Below, piece after piece: positions 1-9,386 of a stretch of 64,000 bases of DNA; position 1 is the stretch's first letter; each line of letters opens with the position of its first letter. Position numbers and translations under genes: made by a program. The DNA comes from an uncultured Acidobacteriota bacterium (GTDB lineage: Bacteria > Acidobacteriota > Thermoanaerobaculia > UBA5066), in contig CAVZPE010000008.1 of the NCBI GenBank assembly GCA_963776915.1, positions 34,124-98,123 on the forward strand, read 5' to 3'. Below the pieces are notes generated by a model. The model made no database searches. It was given only the letters and a program-made list of their open reading frames with translations, and was not told the DNA's origin.

Positions 1-6
1 ACCGCG

Positions 7-420
7 ATGCCCCCGCCCGCACCCACGGGGCTTCCCAAGGCACCGGCCGAGCCCGCCGCGCCGGCTCCGGCCGCTCCCGCGACGGCGGCGACACCCGTCC
101 CCACGGCGCCCCCGCCTCCCGCCCCGGGACCGAAGGGAAAGACCGTCGTCGGAGCGTCCCACCTGACGGTACGCGGGACGATCAAGTCGATCGACAAGGA
201 GTCCGTGACGTTCGTGGCGGCGAACGGGAGGGAACTCACCCTGAAGATCGCCGGGAAGGCCGTCGTGGCCGAGGGGCTCGCACCGGGTGACGCCGTCGTC
301 GTGCGCGTCCCGCTGCAGAAGCCGTTCGACGGGAAGACGGCCGACCGCGTCGAGCGCCCGAAGCCGTCGAAGGCTCCGCCCGCGTCGAAGTTCAGCGAGG
401 CCCAGTCCCCGAAGAACTGA
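7..420 (+). CDS. hypothetical protein, Pro/Ala-rich N-terminus; C-terminal domain shared with the next gene (possibly 5'-partial at window edge)
   Basis: ORF 7..420 is protein-like after a low-complexity PAPA stretch. Motif TLKIAGKAVVAEGLAPGDAVVV recurs in the downstream paralog. ATG lies 6 nt from the window start with no upstream stop. Confidence 0.5.
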   Translation: MPPPAPTGLPKAPAEPAAPAPAAPATAATPVPTAPPPPAPGPKGKTVVGASHLTVRGTIKSIDKESVTFVAANGRELTLKIAGKAVVAEGLAPGDAVVVRVPLQKPFDGKTADRVERPKPSKAPPASKFSEAQSPKN

Positions 421-1010
421 TGCGCGCCACGCCCGCCGTCTTCCTCCTCGCGCTCGCGGCGGGCGCCGCCGCGCGCGCCGGAGGGCAGCCCACCGCGGTC
501 CCGACGTCCGCCGGCGCGGGCGCCGTCGCGCCGTCGGACCAGACGGCCGTCAGGCCGGCGCTCCCCGACCAGCGCGCGAACCGGACGGTCGAGCTCGGGT
601 CGGCGTCCCCGACGCCCGCGCCGCTCCCGGTCGCCGCTCCGACGCCGACGCCGACCGCGGCCGCGCCGCCGGCCGCCGTCGAGGAGCCCGGCCGTTCCGA
701 GCCGGACACGGGCACGTCGCCCGCGGCGGCAGGGAGCGTGCACCGCAAGCCCGGCGTCGCGGGGCGGCCCGTGAGCGTCGCGCGGGCGCTGCCGTACACG
801 GTCGTCGCCTTCGAGCCCGGCAGGAGCCTCACGCTTCGCCGCCCCGAGGGGACGACCGTCGCGTTCACCCTGGCGAAGAAGGCCGAGGTGCCGAAGGGCC
901 TCGCGCCCGGGCAGACCGTCACGATCCGCACGCGGACCGTGCACGGGAAAAGAGTCGTCACGCGCGTGCAGCGGGCGGGCGAGACTCCGGTCCTGACGAA
1001 CGTCAACTGA
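420..1010 (+). CDS. hypothetical secreted protein, paralog of upstream ORF
   Basis: ORF 420..1010 has a signal-peptide-like N-terminus (AVFLLALAAGAAARA) and a C-terminal region similar to gene 1 (FTLAKKAEVPKGLAPGQTVTIRT). Its ATG overlaps the upstream stop (TGATG). Confidence 0.55.
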   Translation: MRATPAVFLLALAAGAAARAGGQPTAVPTSAGAGAVAPSDQTAVRPALPDQRANRTVELGSASPTPAPLPVAAPTPTPTAAAPPAAVEEPGRSEPDTGTSPAAAGSVHRKPGVAGRPVSVARALPYTVVAFEPGRSLTLRRPEGTTVAFTLAKKAEVPKGLAPGQTVTIRTRTVHGKRVVTRVQRAGETPVLTNVN

Positions 1011-1074
1011 GCGCGGCGCGTCGGCGGGAACTTCCGCGCCGAAGCGCGGGTCTCTTCCGGGCGAGGAGACCGCC

Positions 1075-1809
1075 ATGTTCGAGCCCGCGCCCGCGCCCCG
1101 CCGCCGACCCATGTTCGCCGTCTCCGCCGCGGCGCACGCGGCGCTCGCGGCCGCGCTCGTCGTCCCGCCGCTCTTCGCGACGCAGGAGCCGCCGGAGCCG
1201 GACGGGTTCGTCCACATCGCACACCTGCCGCCCCTCGCGAGCGACGCCCCGATTCAGGAGACGGTGGTTTTTCTTAGAAAGGGTAATGAGGGAGGGGCGC
1301 CGGCGCCGAAATCCCGCGCGACGGATGCCCGCCCCGCCGCGAAACCACCAATCACGCAGCCGACGAGCTTCACGGAGGTGCTGCCGCCCGCCACTGGCGA
1401 TCAGCCCTCTTCACCCTTCGATGAAGCCGACGAGCGAAGCGAGTCGGGTATTCCCTCCGGAGGCGGTCGCGGCGGCGGAGCCGCAGGAGACGATGGTCCC
1501 GGCTGCGAGGGATGCAATGCGATCTCCGCGACCGCCCGCGGCGTCACGCCGCCGGTGGCGATCGAGACGATCGCGCCCGCGTACCCCGAGCTCGCGCGGC
1601 GCGCGCACGTCGAGGGCGCGGTGCTGCTCGAGGCGATCATCGGCCCGGACGGCAACGTCCGCGACGTGCGGGTCCTCCGCAGCGCGCACCCGCTCCTCGA
1701 CCCGGCGGCGCTCGAGGCGGTCCGCCACTGGCGCTACCGTGCCGCGCGCATCGGCGACAGGCCGGTCGCGGTCTACCTGAGCGTCGTCATCACGTTTTCG
1801 CTGCGCTGA
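1075..1809 (+). CDS. tonB: energy transducer TonB
   Basis: N-terminal TM helix, Pro-rich linker, and a C-terminal TonB_C domain (AYPELARRAHVEGAVLLEAIIGPDGNVRDVRVLRSAHPLLDPAALEAVRHWRY). Confidence 0.75.
   Translation: MFEPAPAPRRRPMFAVSAAAHAALAAALVVPPLFATQEPPEPDGFVHIAHLPPLASDAPIQETVVFLRKGNEGGAPAPKSRATDARPAAKPPITQPTSFTEVLPPATGDQPSSPFDEADERSESGIPSGGGRGGGAAGDDGPGCEGCNAISATARGVTPPVAIETIAPAYPELARRAHVEGAVLLEAIIGPDGNVRDVRVLRSAHPLLDPAALEAVRHWRYRAARIGDRPVAVYLSVVITFSLR
1268..1428 (+). repeat. AT-richer palindromic element copy E1 (TTCTTAGAAAGGGTAATGAGGGAGG ... CCCTCTTCACCCTTCGATGAAG) embedded in the tonB linker coding region
   Basis: Left arm at 1271-1295 and right arm at 1405-1426 are mutual reverse-complement-like. 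Both arms are low-GC against a 72% GC background. The same arms are seen at 52.6, 59.0 and 63.8 kb. Confidence 0.45.
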
Positions 1810-1848
1810 GTCTCGGTCGCGCCGGCGTGATACGTTGCGCGGCGCACG

Positions 1849-2916
1849 ATGGAGATTCGGATCGACGAGAGGATCCCGAGGGCGGCCACGCTCCCCGCGC
1901 GGGCCTACGTCGATCCGGCCGTCCTCGAGGCCGAGGAGGCACGCGTCTTCGGCGCGTCCTGGCAGCTCGTCGGACGCGCGGAGCAGGTCGCCTCCCCGGG
2001 AGGCTTCCTCACGGCGCGCGTCGCGGGCGAGGAGATCCTCGTCGTGCGGGACGGCGAGACGCTTCGCGCGCTCTCGAACGTCTGCCGCCACCGGGCGGGC
2101 CCGGTCGCCTCGGGCGCGGGAAGCTGCCGCGTGCTTTCGTGCGGCTACCATGGCTGGACCTACGGCCTGGACGGGCGGCTCCTCGGAACGCCGGAGTTCG
2201 ACGGCGTCGAGGATTTCCGCCGCGACGACGTGAGGCTGCCGTCCTTCCGCGCGGACTCCTGGATCGGCCTCGTCTTCGCGCACCTCGACCCGGCCGCGCC
2301 GGCGCTCGCGGCGACCCTCGACGCGCTCGGGCCGCGGCTCGAGAGCCGCGGGCTCGCCTCGATGCGCCTCGCCTTCCGCCGCGACTGGACGCTCGACTGC
2401 AACTGGAAGGTCTACGTCGACAACTACCTGGAGGGTTACCACATCCCCGTCGTGCATCCCGGGCTTCTCGGGGAGCTGGACTACGGCGCATACCGGACGG
2501 AGACCTTCCGCACCCACTCCCTGCAGATCGCGCCGATCCGGCGCCGCGAAGGGGGACCGCTCCGGACGTCGGACGGGGACGACGAGGCGGAATACTGGTG
2601 GATCTGGCCCAACCTGATGCTGAACGTGTACCCCGACAACTTCTCCACGAACCTCATCCTCCCGCTCGGGCCGAAGAAGACGCTCACGGTCTTCGAGTGG
2701 TACTTCCGGGATCCCGCGCACGCGGACGTCGCGGAGAAGGTCCGGGCGACCGTGGCCTTCAGCGACGAGATCCAGCGCGAGGACGTCGCCGTCTGCGAGG
2801 CCGTGCAGCGCGGCCTCGGCTCGGCGACGTACGAGAGGGGGCGCTACTCGCCGCGGCGCGAGACGGGCGTCCACCACTTCCACCGCCTGTGGGCGGACGC
2901 GATGGCGGACCGCTGA
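1849..2916 (+). CDS. Rieske (2Fe-2S) aromatic ring-hydroxylating oxygenase alpha-subunit-like protein
   Basis: Rieske motif CRHRAGPVASGAGSCRVLSCGYHGW. The ORF is intact at 355 aa. Confidence 0.75.
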   Translation: MEIRIDERIPRAATLPARAYVDPAVLEAEEARVFGASWQLVGRAEQVASPGGFLTARVAGEEILVVRDGETLRALSNVCRHRAGPVASGAGSCRVLSCGYHGWTYGLDGRLLGTPEFDGVEDFRRDDVRLPSFRADSWIGLVFAHLDPAAPALAATLDALGPRLESRGLASMRLAFRRDWTLDCNWKVYVDNYLEGYHIPVVHPGLLGELDYGAYRTETFRTHSLQIAPIRRREGGPLRTSDGDDEAEYWWIWPNLMLNVYPDNFSTNLILPLGPKKTLTVFEWYFRDPAHADVAEKVRATVAFSDEIQREDVAVCEAVQRGLGSATYERGRYSPRRETGVHHFHRLWADAMADR

Positions 2917-2917
2917 G

Positions 2918-4327
2918 GTGGCGCTGCGCAAGGTCCTCGGGTTCCGGGACCTCGTCTTCCTCTTCACCCTGACGTGCTTCTCGCTGCGGTGGATCGCGTC
3001 GGCGGCGGAGGCCGGACCCTCCGCCCTCGCCGTGTGGGTCCTCGCCGCGCTCGGTCTCTTCATCCCGCTCGCGGCCTCGGTGCTCGAGCTGTCGTCCCGC
3101 TATCCGGACGAGGGCGGCCTCTACGTCTGGACGCGCCGTGCGTTCGGCGACGGCCCCGGCTTCTTCGCGGGCTTCCTGTACTGGGCGAGCAACCTGCCGT
3201 TCTTTCCCGGCCTCCTCTACTTCACGGCCGCGAACGCCGTCGTCCTCGCGGGCCCGAGAGGAGCCGCGCTCGGCTCGAGCCCGACCTTCTTTCTCGCGTT
3301 CTCGTGCGTCGCGATCGCCGCGGCGACCGCCGCGAACGTCCGGGGCCTGAAGTTCGCGACGTGGCTGCACAACGCGGCGGCGGTGGCGACGTGGCTGCCG
3401 GCCCTCCTCCTCGTCGCCTGCGGGGCCGTCGTCCTCGTGCGTTCGGGCCCGGCGACGGCCTTCACGCGCGCGAGCCTGACGCCGTCCTTCTCCATGCGGG
3501 ACGCGCTCTTCCTGTCGACGATCGCGTTCGCGTTCGGGGGTCTCGAGGCCCCGTCGTTCCTCGGCGCCGAGATGCGGGACCCGCGCCGCGACCTGCCGCG
3601 AGCCCTCCTCCTCTCGGGCGCGCTCATCACGGGCGTTTACCTCGCCGGGACCGCGGCCGTCCTCGTCGCGATCCCGGCGCACGAGGCGAGCGGCCTCGAC
3701 GGCATCACGAAGGCGATCGTCGCCGCCAGCGCGCGCGCCGGGCTGCCCCCTCTCGGGGGCGTCGCCGCCCTCCTCATCACGCTCTCCGGAGTCGGCGTCA
3801 CGGGCGCCTGGCTCGCGGCCTCGGCGCGGCTCCCGTTCGTCGGCGGCCTCGACCGGTTCCTCCCTCCCGTCTTCGGCCGCATCGACCCGCGCTGGGGCAC
3901 TCCGGCGGTCGCCATCCTCGTCCAGTCCGCGCTCTCGCTCGGCTTCGTCCTTCTGAGCCAGGCCGGGACCGGAGTGAAGGGCGCCTACGATGCGCTCGTC
4001 GCGATGAGCGTCGTCGCCTACTTCGTTCCCTTCCTCTTCCTCTTCGCCGCCACGATCCGGCTCGCCGGAGAGGCGCCGCCGCCCGGGGCGTTCCGCGTTC
4101 CCGGAGGGCGGCCCGTCTCCATCCTCCTCGCGTGCGTCGGGTTCACGACGACGGCGCTGTCGCTCGGGCTCGCGTTCGTCCCGCCGGAGGACGCCACGGA
4201 CAGGCTCTTCGCCTTCGGGAAGCTCGTCGCGCTGACCGGGCTGCTCTTCGCCGGGGCCGGGGCGCTCTGGATCGCGGCGCGCCGGCGGCATGCGCGGGCG
4301 GCCGGCGGAGCCGGCGGCCGACCGTGA
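2918..4327 (+). CDS. APC-family amino acid permease
   Basis: 469 aa polytopic membrane protein (YVWTRRAFGDGPGFFAGFLYWASNLPFFPG). GTG start lies immediately after the upstream stop. Confidence 0.7.
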   Translation: MALRKVLGFRDLVFLFTLTCFSLRWIASAAEAGPSALAVWVLAALGLFIPLAASVLELSSRYPDEGGLYVWTRRAFGDGPGFFAGFLYWASNLPFFPGLLYFTAANAVVLAGPRGAALGSSPTFFLAFSCVAIAAATAANVRGLKFATWLHNAAAVATWLPALLLVACGAVVLVRSGPATAFTRASLTPSFSMRDALFLSTIAFAFGGLEAPSFLGAEMRDPRRDLPRALLLSGALITGVYLAGTAAVLVAIPAHEASGLDGITKAIVAASARAGLPPLGGVAALLITLSGVGVTGAWLAASARLPFVGGLDRFLPPVFGRIDPRWGTPAVAILVQSALSLGFVLLSQAGTGVKGAYDALVAMSVVAYFVPFLFLFAATIRLAGEAPPPGAFRVPGGRPVSILLACVGFTTTALSLGLAFVPPEDATDRLFAFGKLVALTGLLFAGAGALWIAARRRHARAAGGAGGRP

Positions 4328-5013
4328 TCCTCTTCGAGAACGCGGACGTCCTCGCACTGGACAAGCCGGCGGGCGTCTCGATGGCGACGTCGTCGCGGCC
4401 GGGCTCGGCCGAGGAAGCCGTGCGCCGCCTCCTCGCGGCGTGCGACCTCCCCGCGGACGAGCCGCTGCCGCTCCTCGTCCACCGCCTCGACGTCGGGACG
4501 AGCGGGGTCGTCCTCCTCGCGAAGAACGACGCGGCGCACCGGGCGCTCTCCCGCGCGCTCCAGCAGAGGACGGCGCAGAAGACCTACCGCGCGCTCGTCT
4601 GGGGCCACCCGGTGCCGGCCCGCGGCCGCATCGACCTCGCGCTCGCCCGGGACCCGAGGGACGGGCGGAAGATGCGGGCGGAGGCGGACGGAAAGCCCTC
4701 CGTCACGAACTACGAGACGCTGCGCCGGTACCCTTCGCTCGCGGACCTCAGGCTCTCGCCCGAGACGGGGCGCACCCACCAGATCCGCGTCCACCTCTCG
4801 GCGAAGGGCCACCCGATCGCGGGAGACGACTTCTACGGCGGCGCGACGCGCTGGCGGGGAGTCCAGGACGCCGCGCTCCGCGCGGCGCTCCGCCGCCTCG
4901 CGCGCCCCCTCCTCCACGCCGAGCGGATCGTGATTCCGGAGATGACGATCGACGTGACCTCTCCGTTGCCGAGGGAATACGAAGAGATCCTTCGGCTATG
5001 CGGCGGCTGCTGA
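4324..5013 (+). CDS. RluA-family pseudouridine synthase
   Basis: Motifs LDKPAGVSM, HRLDVGTSGVVLLAKN and THQIRVHL. GTG at 4324 overlaps the permease stop (GTGA). Confidence 0.75.
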   Translation: MILFENADVLALDKPAGVSMATSSRPGSAEEAVRRLLAACDLPADEPLPLLVHRLDVGTSGVVLLAKNDAAHRALSRALQQRTAQKTYRALVWGHPVPARGRIDLALARDPRDGRKMRAEADGKPSVTNYETLRRYPSLADLRLSPETGRTHQIRVHLSAKGHPIAGDDFYGGATRWRGVQDAALRAALRRLARPLLHAERIVIPEMTIDVTSPLPREYEEILRLCGGC

Positions 5014-5059
5014 TGCAGCCGCCGATAGATGAAAAATCTGCGGCCGTTCGGCCGGTGTC

Positions 5060-5105
5060 AAGGGTCTGCGACCGCTACGCGGCGCGCGCAGCGCGCCCTT
5101 GACTC
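5060..5105. terminator. stem-loop between convergent rluA-like and TonB-dependent receptor genes
   Basis: Inverted repeat GTCAAGGGTCTGCG ... CGCAGCGCGCCCTTGAC around 5062-5103, in the gap between convergent genes. Confidence 0.35.
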
Positions 5106-5132
5106 CGGCCGGACGGCGCGTATCCCCTCTTC

Positions 5133-8084
5133 CTAAAAAATTACCTTCGCGGCCAGCTGCACGATCCGCGCGCCGGCGGAGACGGTCGGGGAGCCGTACG
5201 CGGCGACGGGCGTCAGGGTCTGCCCCGAGACGGCCCAGTACGACTGCGTGACGCCGACGACGTTCGAACGGTTCAGGATGTTGAAGGCCTCGGCGATGAG
5301 CTGGAGGTTGACCGGCCCGATCGGGATGTCCTTCGTGATGCGCGGGTCCCACGACATGAACATCGGGTAGGTCTGGCTGTTGCGCGCGAAGCCCGGCGCG
5401 ATGTCGTTGCGGTTGTTGCCGTCGTTGTTGATGTCGGTGAGCGGGGCCAGGGTCGGCGTGTACGGCTGCCCGCTCGCGATCGTGAGGATGCCCGAGAGCG
5501 ACCAGCCGCCGAGGACCGCCTGCTGCCAGCCGCCGGCGTTCCGGAAGTACGGCATGCTCCAGTAGGCGGAGATCACGAGGCGGTGGCGCTGGTCCGCGTC
5601 GCCGACGGCGCGGTCCACGTTGAAGTTGCGCGGGTCGGAGGCGAACTTCCCGTCGTCGCCGCTGGCCGGGACGACGGCGGTCGCGTCCGGCTTCGTGTCG
5701 ATGACCTTCCCGTACGTGTAGGCGACGCGCATCTGCCAGTTGTGCGAGAAGCGCTTGTTGACCTCGAGCGTCGCGCCGTTGTACTCGGAGTCGGCCGTGC
5801 TCTGGAACTGGATGACGCGCCCGAAGTTCGCGAACGGCCGGTCGGCGCCGTACCGCACGACCGTGTACGTCCTGCCGGTCGAATCCGTGTACGTCGTCGT
5901 GCCGGGGGAGCCCACGTTGATGTCCGTCGAGCGCTGCAGGTGCGTGCCCTTCGCGTAGAGGTACGAGAGCGCGAGGGAGATGTCGGGCGTCAGGGCGTGC
6001 TCGATTCCGATGGACGCCTGGTGGACGAGCGGATTCTGGAAGCTCGGGTCGAACGTGAAGATCGTCGGCTTCGGAAGGACGACGCCGGTCGGGATCGACG
6101 GCAGGATGGTCGGGTACGTCGGGATCTGCGCGCCGGTGAACGTCAGCGTCTGGACGTTGATGCCGTTGTTCGACATCGCGGTCCCGATCATGATCGACGG
6201 CGTTCTTCCGTAGAACATTCCGTAGCCGCCGCGGACGACCGTCTTGTCCTGGCCCTTCGGCGACCACGCGAAGCCCGCGCGGAGCGCGAAGTTGTTGTCG
6301 TCCTCGGGGATGACGGACGTGTCGATCCCGGCCGCGAGGAGCTGCGCGTCGGGGTTCCTCACGGTCGGCTGGGCGATGCCCTGCTTGTCGTAACGGACGC
6401 CGAGGTTCAGCGTGAGGCTCGGGTTCGGCCGCCACTCGTCCTGGAGGAAGAAGGCGATCTCGGAGAGGTCGGGGTTCGTGTACGGGCCGCTCGTTCCGGG
6501 CCCGGGGAACGCCTGCACGTACCTCGACGCGATCCCGAGGTTGTAGTTCGCGACGGAGTTGAACGTGTAGCTGCCGGAGAAGTTGCCCGGGAACCAGTTC
6601 AGGATGAGGTCGCGGCTCCAGTCGAAGCCCGCCTTCAGGGAGTGGTTCCCGAAGAGGAACGTCGCGGCGTCCCCGACCTGGTAGCGCGTGATCGTCGTCT
6701 CGCGCGGGCTGAAGAAGTTCCGGCCGATCGTGAAGGCGAACGAGCCCTGCTGGATGAAGGCCTCCGGGTCCGCGCTGTTCGCGAGGCCGGGCTCGGAGTC
6801 CTTCGCGTACTGGCCGCGCAGCTCGTTGAACAGCGTGGGCGTGAACGTGTTCGTGACCGAGGCCGTCAGCGTGTCGGTGTTCACGAGCGAGTCGCCCGAG
6901 TGCTGGACGGACTGCGTCGGGCCGCCGTTCTCGTTGTTGACGCCCGTGAAGCGCTGGCGGTTGTAGCGCATCGAGACCTGGGCGTTCTCGGAGGCGTTCC
7001 AGTCGCCCTTGAGGAGGAAGACGTCCTGGTTCTGGCCCCGGTCGTACGGGGAGGTCAGGGGCTGGAGCTTCGCGAGGCCGGCCGCGGTGTTCGGGTCCGA
7101 GAGGTTCAGGCCGGACGTGTTCAGGATGACGGCCTGGCCGTTCGTGTTGCGCTGGCCGTCGTAGTTCGCGAAGAAGAAGAGGCGGTCCCTCACGATCGGG
7201 CCGCCGAGGCTCGCGCCGAACTGGTTGTAGTGGTAGTTGCTGATCGGGCGGCCGTTGATCACGTTGATGTAGTCGTTCGCGTTCAGCCCCTTGTCGCGGT
7301 AGAACTCGAACGCCGTGCCGTGGAACTCGTTCGTGCCGGACTTCGTGACGACGTTGATGACGGCGCCGCCCGCGCGGCCGTACTCGGCGGAGTAGGCGTT
7401 GCGGTTGACCTGGAACTCCTTGACGGCGTCCTGGCTGAACTGGTACGGCGCGCGGCCCGAGCCCGTGCGGCCGAGGGCCTGGCCGAAGAACGTGTTGTCG
7501 TTGTTCGCGCCGTCGATCACGATGCTGTTGAGCGTGCCGCGCTGGCCGGCGAAGCTGATGTCGCCGAGGCGCGGGTCCTTCGTGACGCCCGGCGTCGTGA
7601 GGACGAAGTCGATGAAGTTGCGGCCGTTCGTCGGAAGGTTCTGGATGTACTTCTCGTTGACGGCCGAGCCCTGCTCCGTCTTCGTCGTCTCGACGACCGG
7701 CGTCTCCTCGGTGACCGTCACGGTGGACTTGACGCCCGCGAGCGCCATCGCGAGCCGGAAGCCCGTGTCGGCTCCGACGGTGACGTCGGCCTTGCCGACG
7801 TTCGAGGGCGTGAAGCCCTGCAGGGTCGCCGAGACCTCGTAGAGGCCGACGGGAACGAGCGGGAACAGGAAGGCGCCGCTCACGTTCGTCGTCGCGTTCC
7901 GGACCGCGCCCGTCTTCACGTTCTTCGCGGTCACGGTCGCGCCGGGAAGCGGAGCGCCGCCCGTGTCGGAGACCGTGCCGGAGATGGTGCCGGTCGCGCT
8001 CTGCGCGAGCGCGGGGCCGGCGGGGGCGACGCACAGGAGAAGCGCCGCCACGAGAGCGATCGAGACTCGTTTCATTCGGACCAT
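5133..8084 (-). CDS. TonB-dependent receptor with N-terminal carboxypeptidase-regulatory-like domain
   Basis: 983 aa. Signal peptide, then GTISGTVSD..GAPLPGATVT (CarboxypepD_reg), a plug domain (NGRNFIDFVLTTPGV), a long beta-barrel, and a C-terminal aromatic residue F. GGAGGAGG RBS upstream. Confidence 0.8.
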   Translation of the reverse strand: MVRMKRVSIALVAALLLCVAPAGPALAQSATGTISGTVSDTGGAPLPGATVTAKNVKTGAVRNATTNVSGAFLFPLVPVGLYEVSATLQGFTPSNVGKADVTVGADTGFRLAMALAGVKSTVTVTEETPVVETTKTEQGSAVNEKYIQNLPTNGRNFIDFVLTTPGVTKDPRLGDISFAGQRGTLNSIVIDGANNDNTFFGQALGRTGSGRAPYQFSQDAVKEFQVNRNAYSAEYGRAGGAVINVVTKSGTNEFHGTAFEFYRDKGLNANDYINVINGRPISNYHYNQFGASLGGPIVRDRLFFFANYDGQRNTNGQAVILNTSGLNLSDPNTAAGLAKLQPLTSPYDRGQNQDVFLLKGDWNASENAQVSMRYNRQRFTGVNNENGGPTQSVQHSGDSLVNTDTLTASVTNTFTPTLFNELRGQYAKDSEPGLANSADPEAFIQQGSFAFTIGRNFFSPRETTITRYQVGDAATFLFGNHSLKAGFDWSRDLILNWFPGNFSGSYTFNSVANYNLGIASRYVQAFPGPGTSGPYTNPDLSEIAFFLQDEWRPNPSLTLNLGVRYDKQGIAQPTVRNPDAQLLAAGIDTSVIPEDDNNFALRAGFAWSPKGQDKTVVRGGYGMFYGRTPSIMIGTAMSNNGINVQTLTFTGAQIPTYPTILPSIPTGVVLPKPTIFTFDPSFQNPLVHQASIGIEHALTPDISLALSYLYAKGTHLQRSTDINVGSPGTTTYTDSTGRTYTVVRYGADRPFANFGRVIQFQSTADSEYNGATLEVNKRFSHNWQMRVAYTYGKVIDTKPDATAVVPASGDDGKFASDPRNFNVDRAVGDADQRHRLVISAYWSMPYFRNAGGWQQAVLGGWSLSGILTIASGQPYTPTLAPLTDINNDGNNRNDIAPGFARNSQTYPMFMSWDPRITKDIPIGPVNLQLIAEAFNILNRSNVVGVTQSYWAVSGQTLTPVAAYGSPTVSAGARIVQLAAKVIF

Positions 8085-8184
8085 CTAAACCTCCTCCAGC
8101 GAAATTCAGGGACGGGGCCGTCGGGCGCGACGGGAAGGGGGCGTCGGGAACCGCGCGGAGACTAATACAAGACGACGGCCTCCG

Positions 8185-9360
8185 TCAGCGGGCGTGGGCC
8201 GCGCCCGCCGGACGCAGGCGCGCGCAGCCGCGGACGGAGACGACCGTGACGCCGCCCACCACGAGGAGGAGCGCCGCCGCGAGAAAGAGAAGGAGGGGGC
8301 CCCGGCGGCCGGACCGCTCCACGCCCATGCCGGCGGTGCGCTTCGGGCGCGCGAGGGGCGCCGTCGACTCCGTGAGCGTCGCCGGGCCGGCGGCGGGGAC
8401 GGCGGTCACGGGAGAGACGCGCGGCGGCGCGGGAGCCGGGACGGCCGGGACTTCGCGCGTCACGGCGCCGCGGGCCGGCCGCGCGGCGAGCTCGCGCCGC
8501 GCCATGAGGAGATCGAGGATCATCTGTCCCGCGCTTCCGTAGCGCTCGGACGCGTCCTTGCGGAGCGCGCGGGCGACGATCTGCTTGAGGACGTCCGGCA
8601 CCCGGTCCGGCTCGGGCCACGGGTCCGCCTCCTTCGTCATCATCTTGGCCACCATCTGGGTCACGCTCGCTCCCGAGAACGGGTGCGTGCCCGCGAGCAT
8701 CTGGTAGAAGACGATCCCGAACGAGAAGAGGTCCGACCGCTCGTCGAGCGGGTTCCCGAGCGCCTGCTCGGGCGACAGGTAGTCGAGCGTCCCGACGATC
8801 ATCCCTTCGCCCGTGTGGCGGGGCCCCCTGGAGGAGTCGCGCGCGCCCTCGAGGAGGATCTTGCTCAGGCCGAAGTCGAGGAGCTTCGCGCGCCCCTCCG
8901 GGGTGAGCATCACGTTCGACGGCGTGATGTCGCGGTGGAGGATCCGGTTCTGGTGGGCGACCTTGAGCCCTTCGAGGACCTGGATCGCGACGTCGACGCA
9001 CTCGTCGACGGTGAGCCGGCGCGCGTCCATGACCTCGTCGAGACCCTTCCCCTCGAGGTACTCGAGGACGAGGTAGAGGGCGCCCGGGGGGAAGCCCGCG
9101 TCCCGCTCGTCCGTCACGGCGAGGTCGTGCAGCGTGATGACGTTCGGGTGGTTCAGGGCCGCGACGGCGCGCGCCTCGTTCACGAACCGCCCGCGCATCT
9201 TCGCGTCCTCCTGGAGGCCGGCCGGGAGGACCTTGATCGCGACGCGGCGCCCGAGCGCGGGATCCGTCGCGAGGTAAACCTCCCCCATCCCGCCCTTGCC
9301 GAGCAGGCGGACGATCTCGTACCGGCCGATGCTGCGGGGGAGAACGTCCGCGGCCGCCAC
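8185..9360 (-). CDS. Ser/Thr protein kinase with C-terminal transmembrane anchor
   Basis: Hanks kinase motifs: GKGGMGEVY, AIK, HRDITPSNVML, DFG and SPEQ. A C-terminal TM helix follows. The 9978 ORF start would overlap the acetyltransferase gene, so I chose the in-frame GTG at 9360. Confidence 0.65.
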   Translation of the reverse strand: MAAADVLPRSIGRYEIVRLLGKGGMGEVYLATDPALGRRVAIKVLPAGLQEDAKMRGRFVNEARAVAALNHPNVITLHDLAVTDERDAGFPPGALYLVLEYLEGKGLDEVMDARRLTVDECVDVAIQVLEGLKVAHQNRILHRDITPSNVMLTPEGRAKLLDFGLSKILLEGARDSSRGPRHTGEGMIVGTLDYLSPEQALGNPLDERSDLFSFGIVFYQMLAGTHPFSGASVTQMVAKMMTKEADPWPEPDRVPDVLKQIVARALRKDASERYGSAGQMILDLLMARRELAARPARGAVTREVPAVPAPAPPRVSPVTAVPAAGPATLTESTAPLARPKRTAGMGVERSGRRGPLLLFLAAALLLVVGGVTVVSVRGCARLRPAGAAHAR

Positions 9361-9386
9361 TCGGAGGGCAAGTATAGGCGGGGATG

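Noticed and set aside
287-1780. Very long ORFs in alternate or antisense frames: 287..1780+, 1411..3063-, 1512..2972+, 2759..4357-, 2974..4323+, 4018..4917-, 4996..8034-, 5583..8165+, 8194..9705+, 9998..12991-, 10402..14871+, 16096..18333-, 16314..18446+, 18572..19618+, 18680..21316-, 19729..21981+, 22497..24176+, 25157..28363+, 37677..39533-, 39698..41098-, 43896..45764+, 47477..49249-, 50837..52663-, 53166..54944+, 58078..61206-, 61219..63603-
   Set aside because: Arg/Pro/Ala/Gly-dominated low-complexity translations typical of stop-poor frames in 72% GC DNA. Each overlaps a gene with clear family motifs on the other frame or strand.
5105-5150. AT-rich patch CCCCTCTTCCTAAAAAATTACC resembling an element arm
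   Set aside because: It is simply the 3' end of the TonB-dependent receptor gene (encodes ...AAKVIF stop on the minus strand) plus a few nt. The similarity to the family arms is weak.
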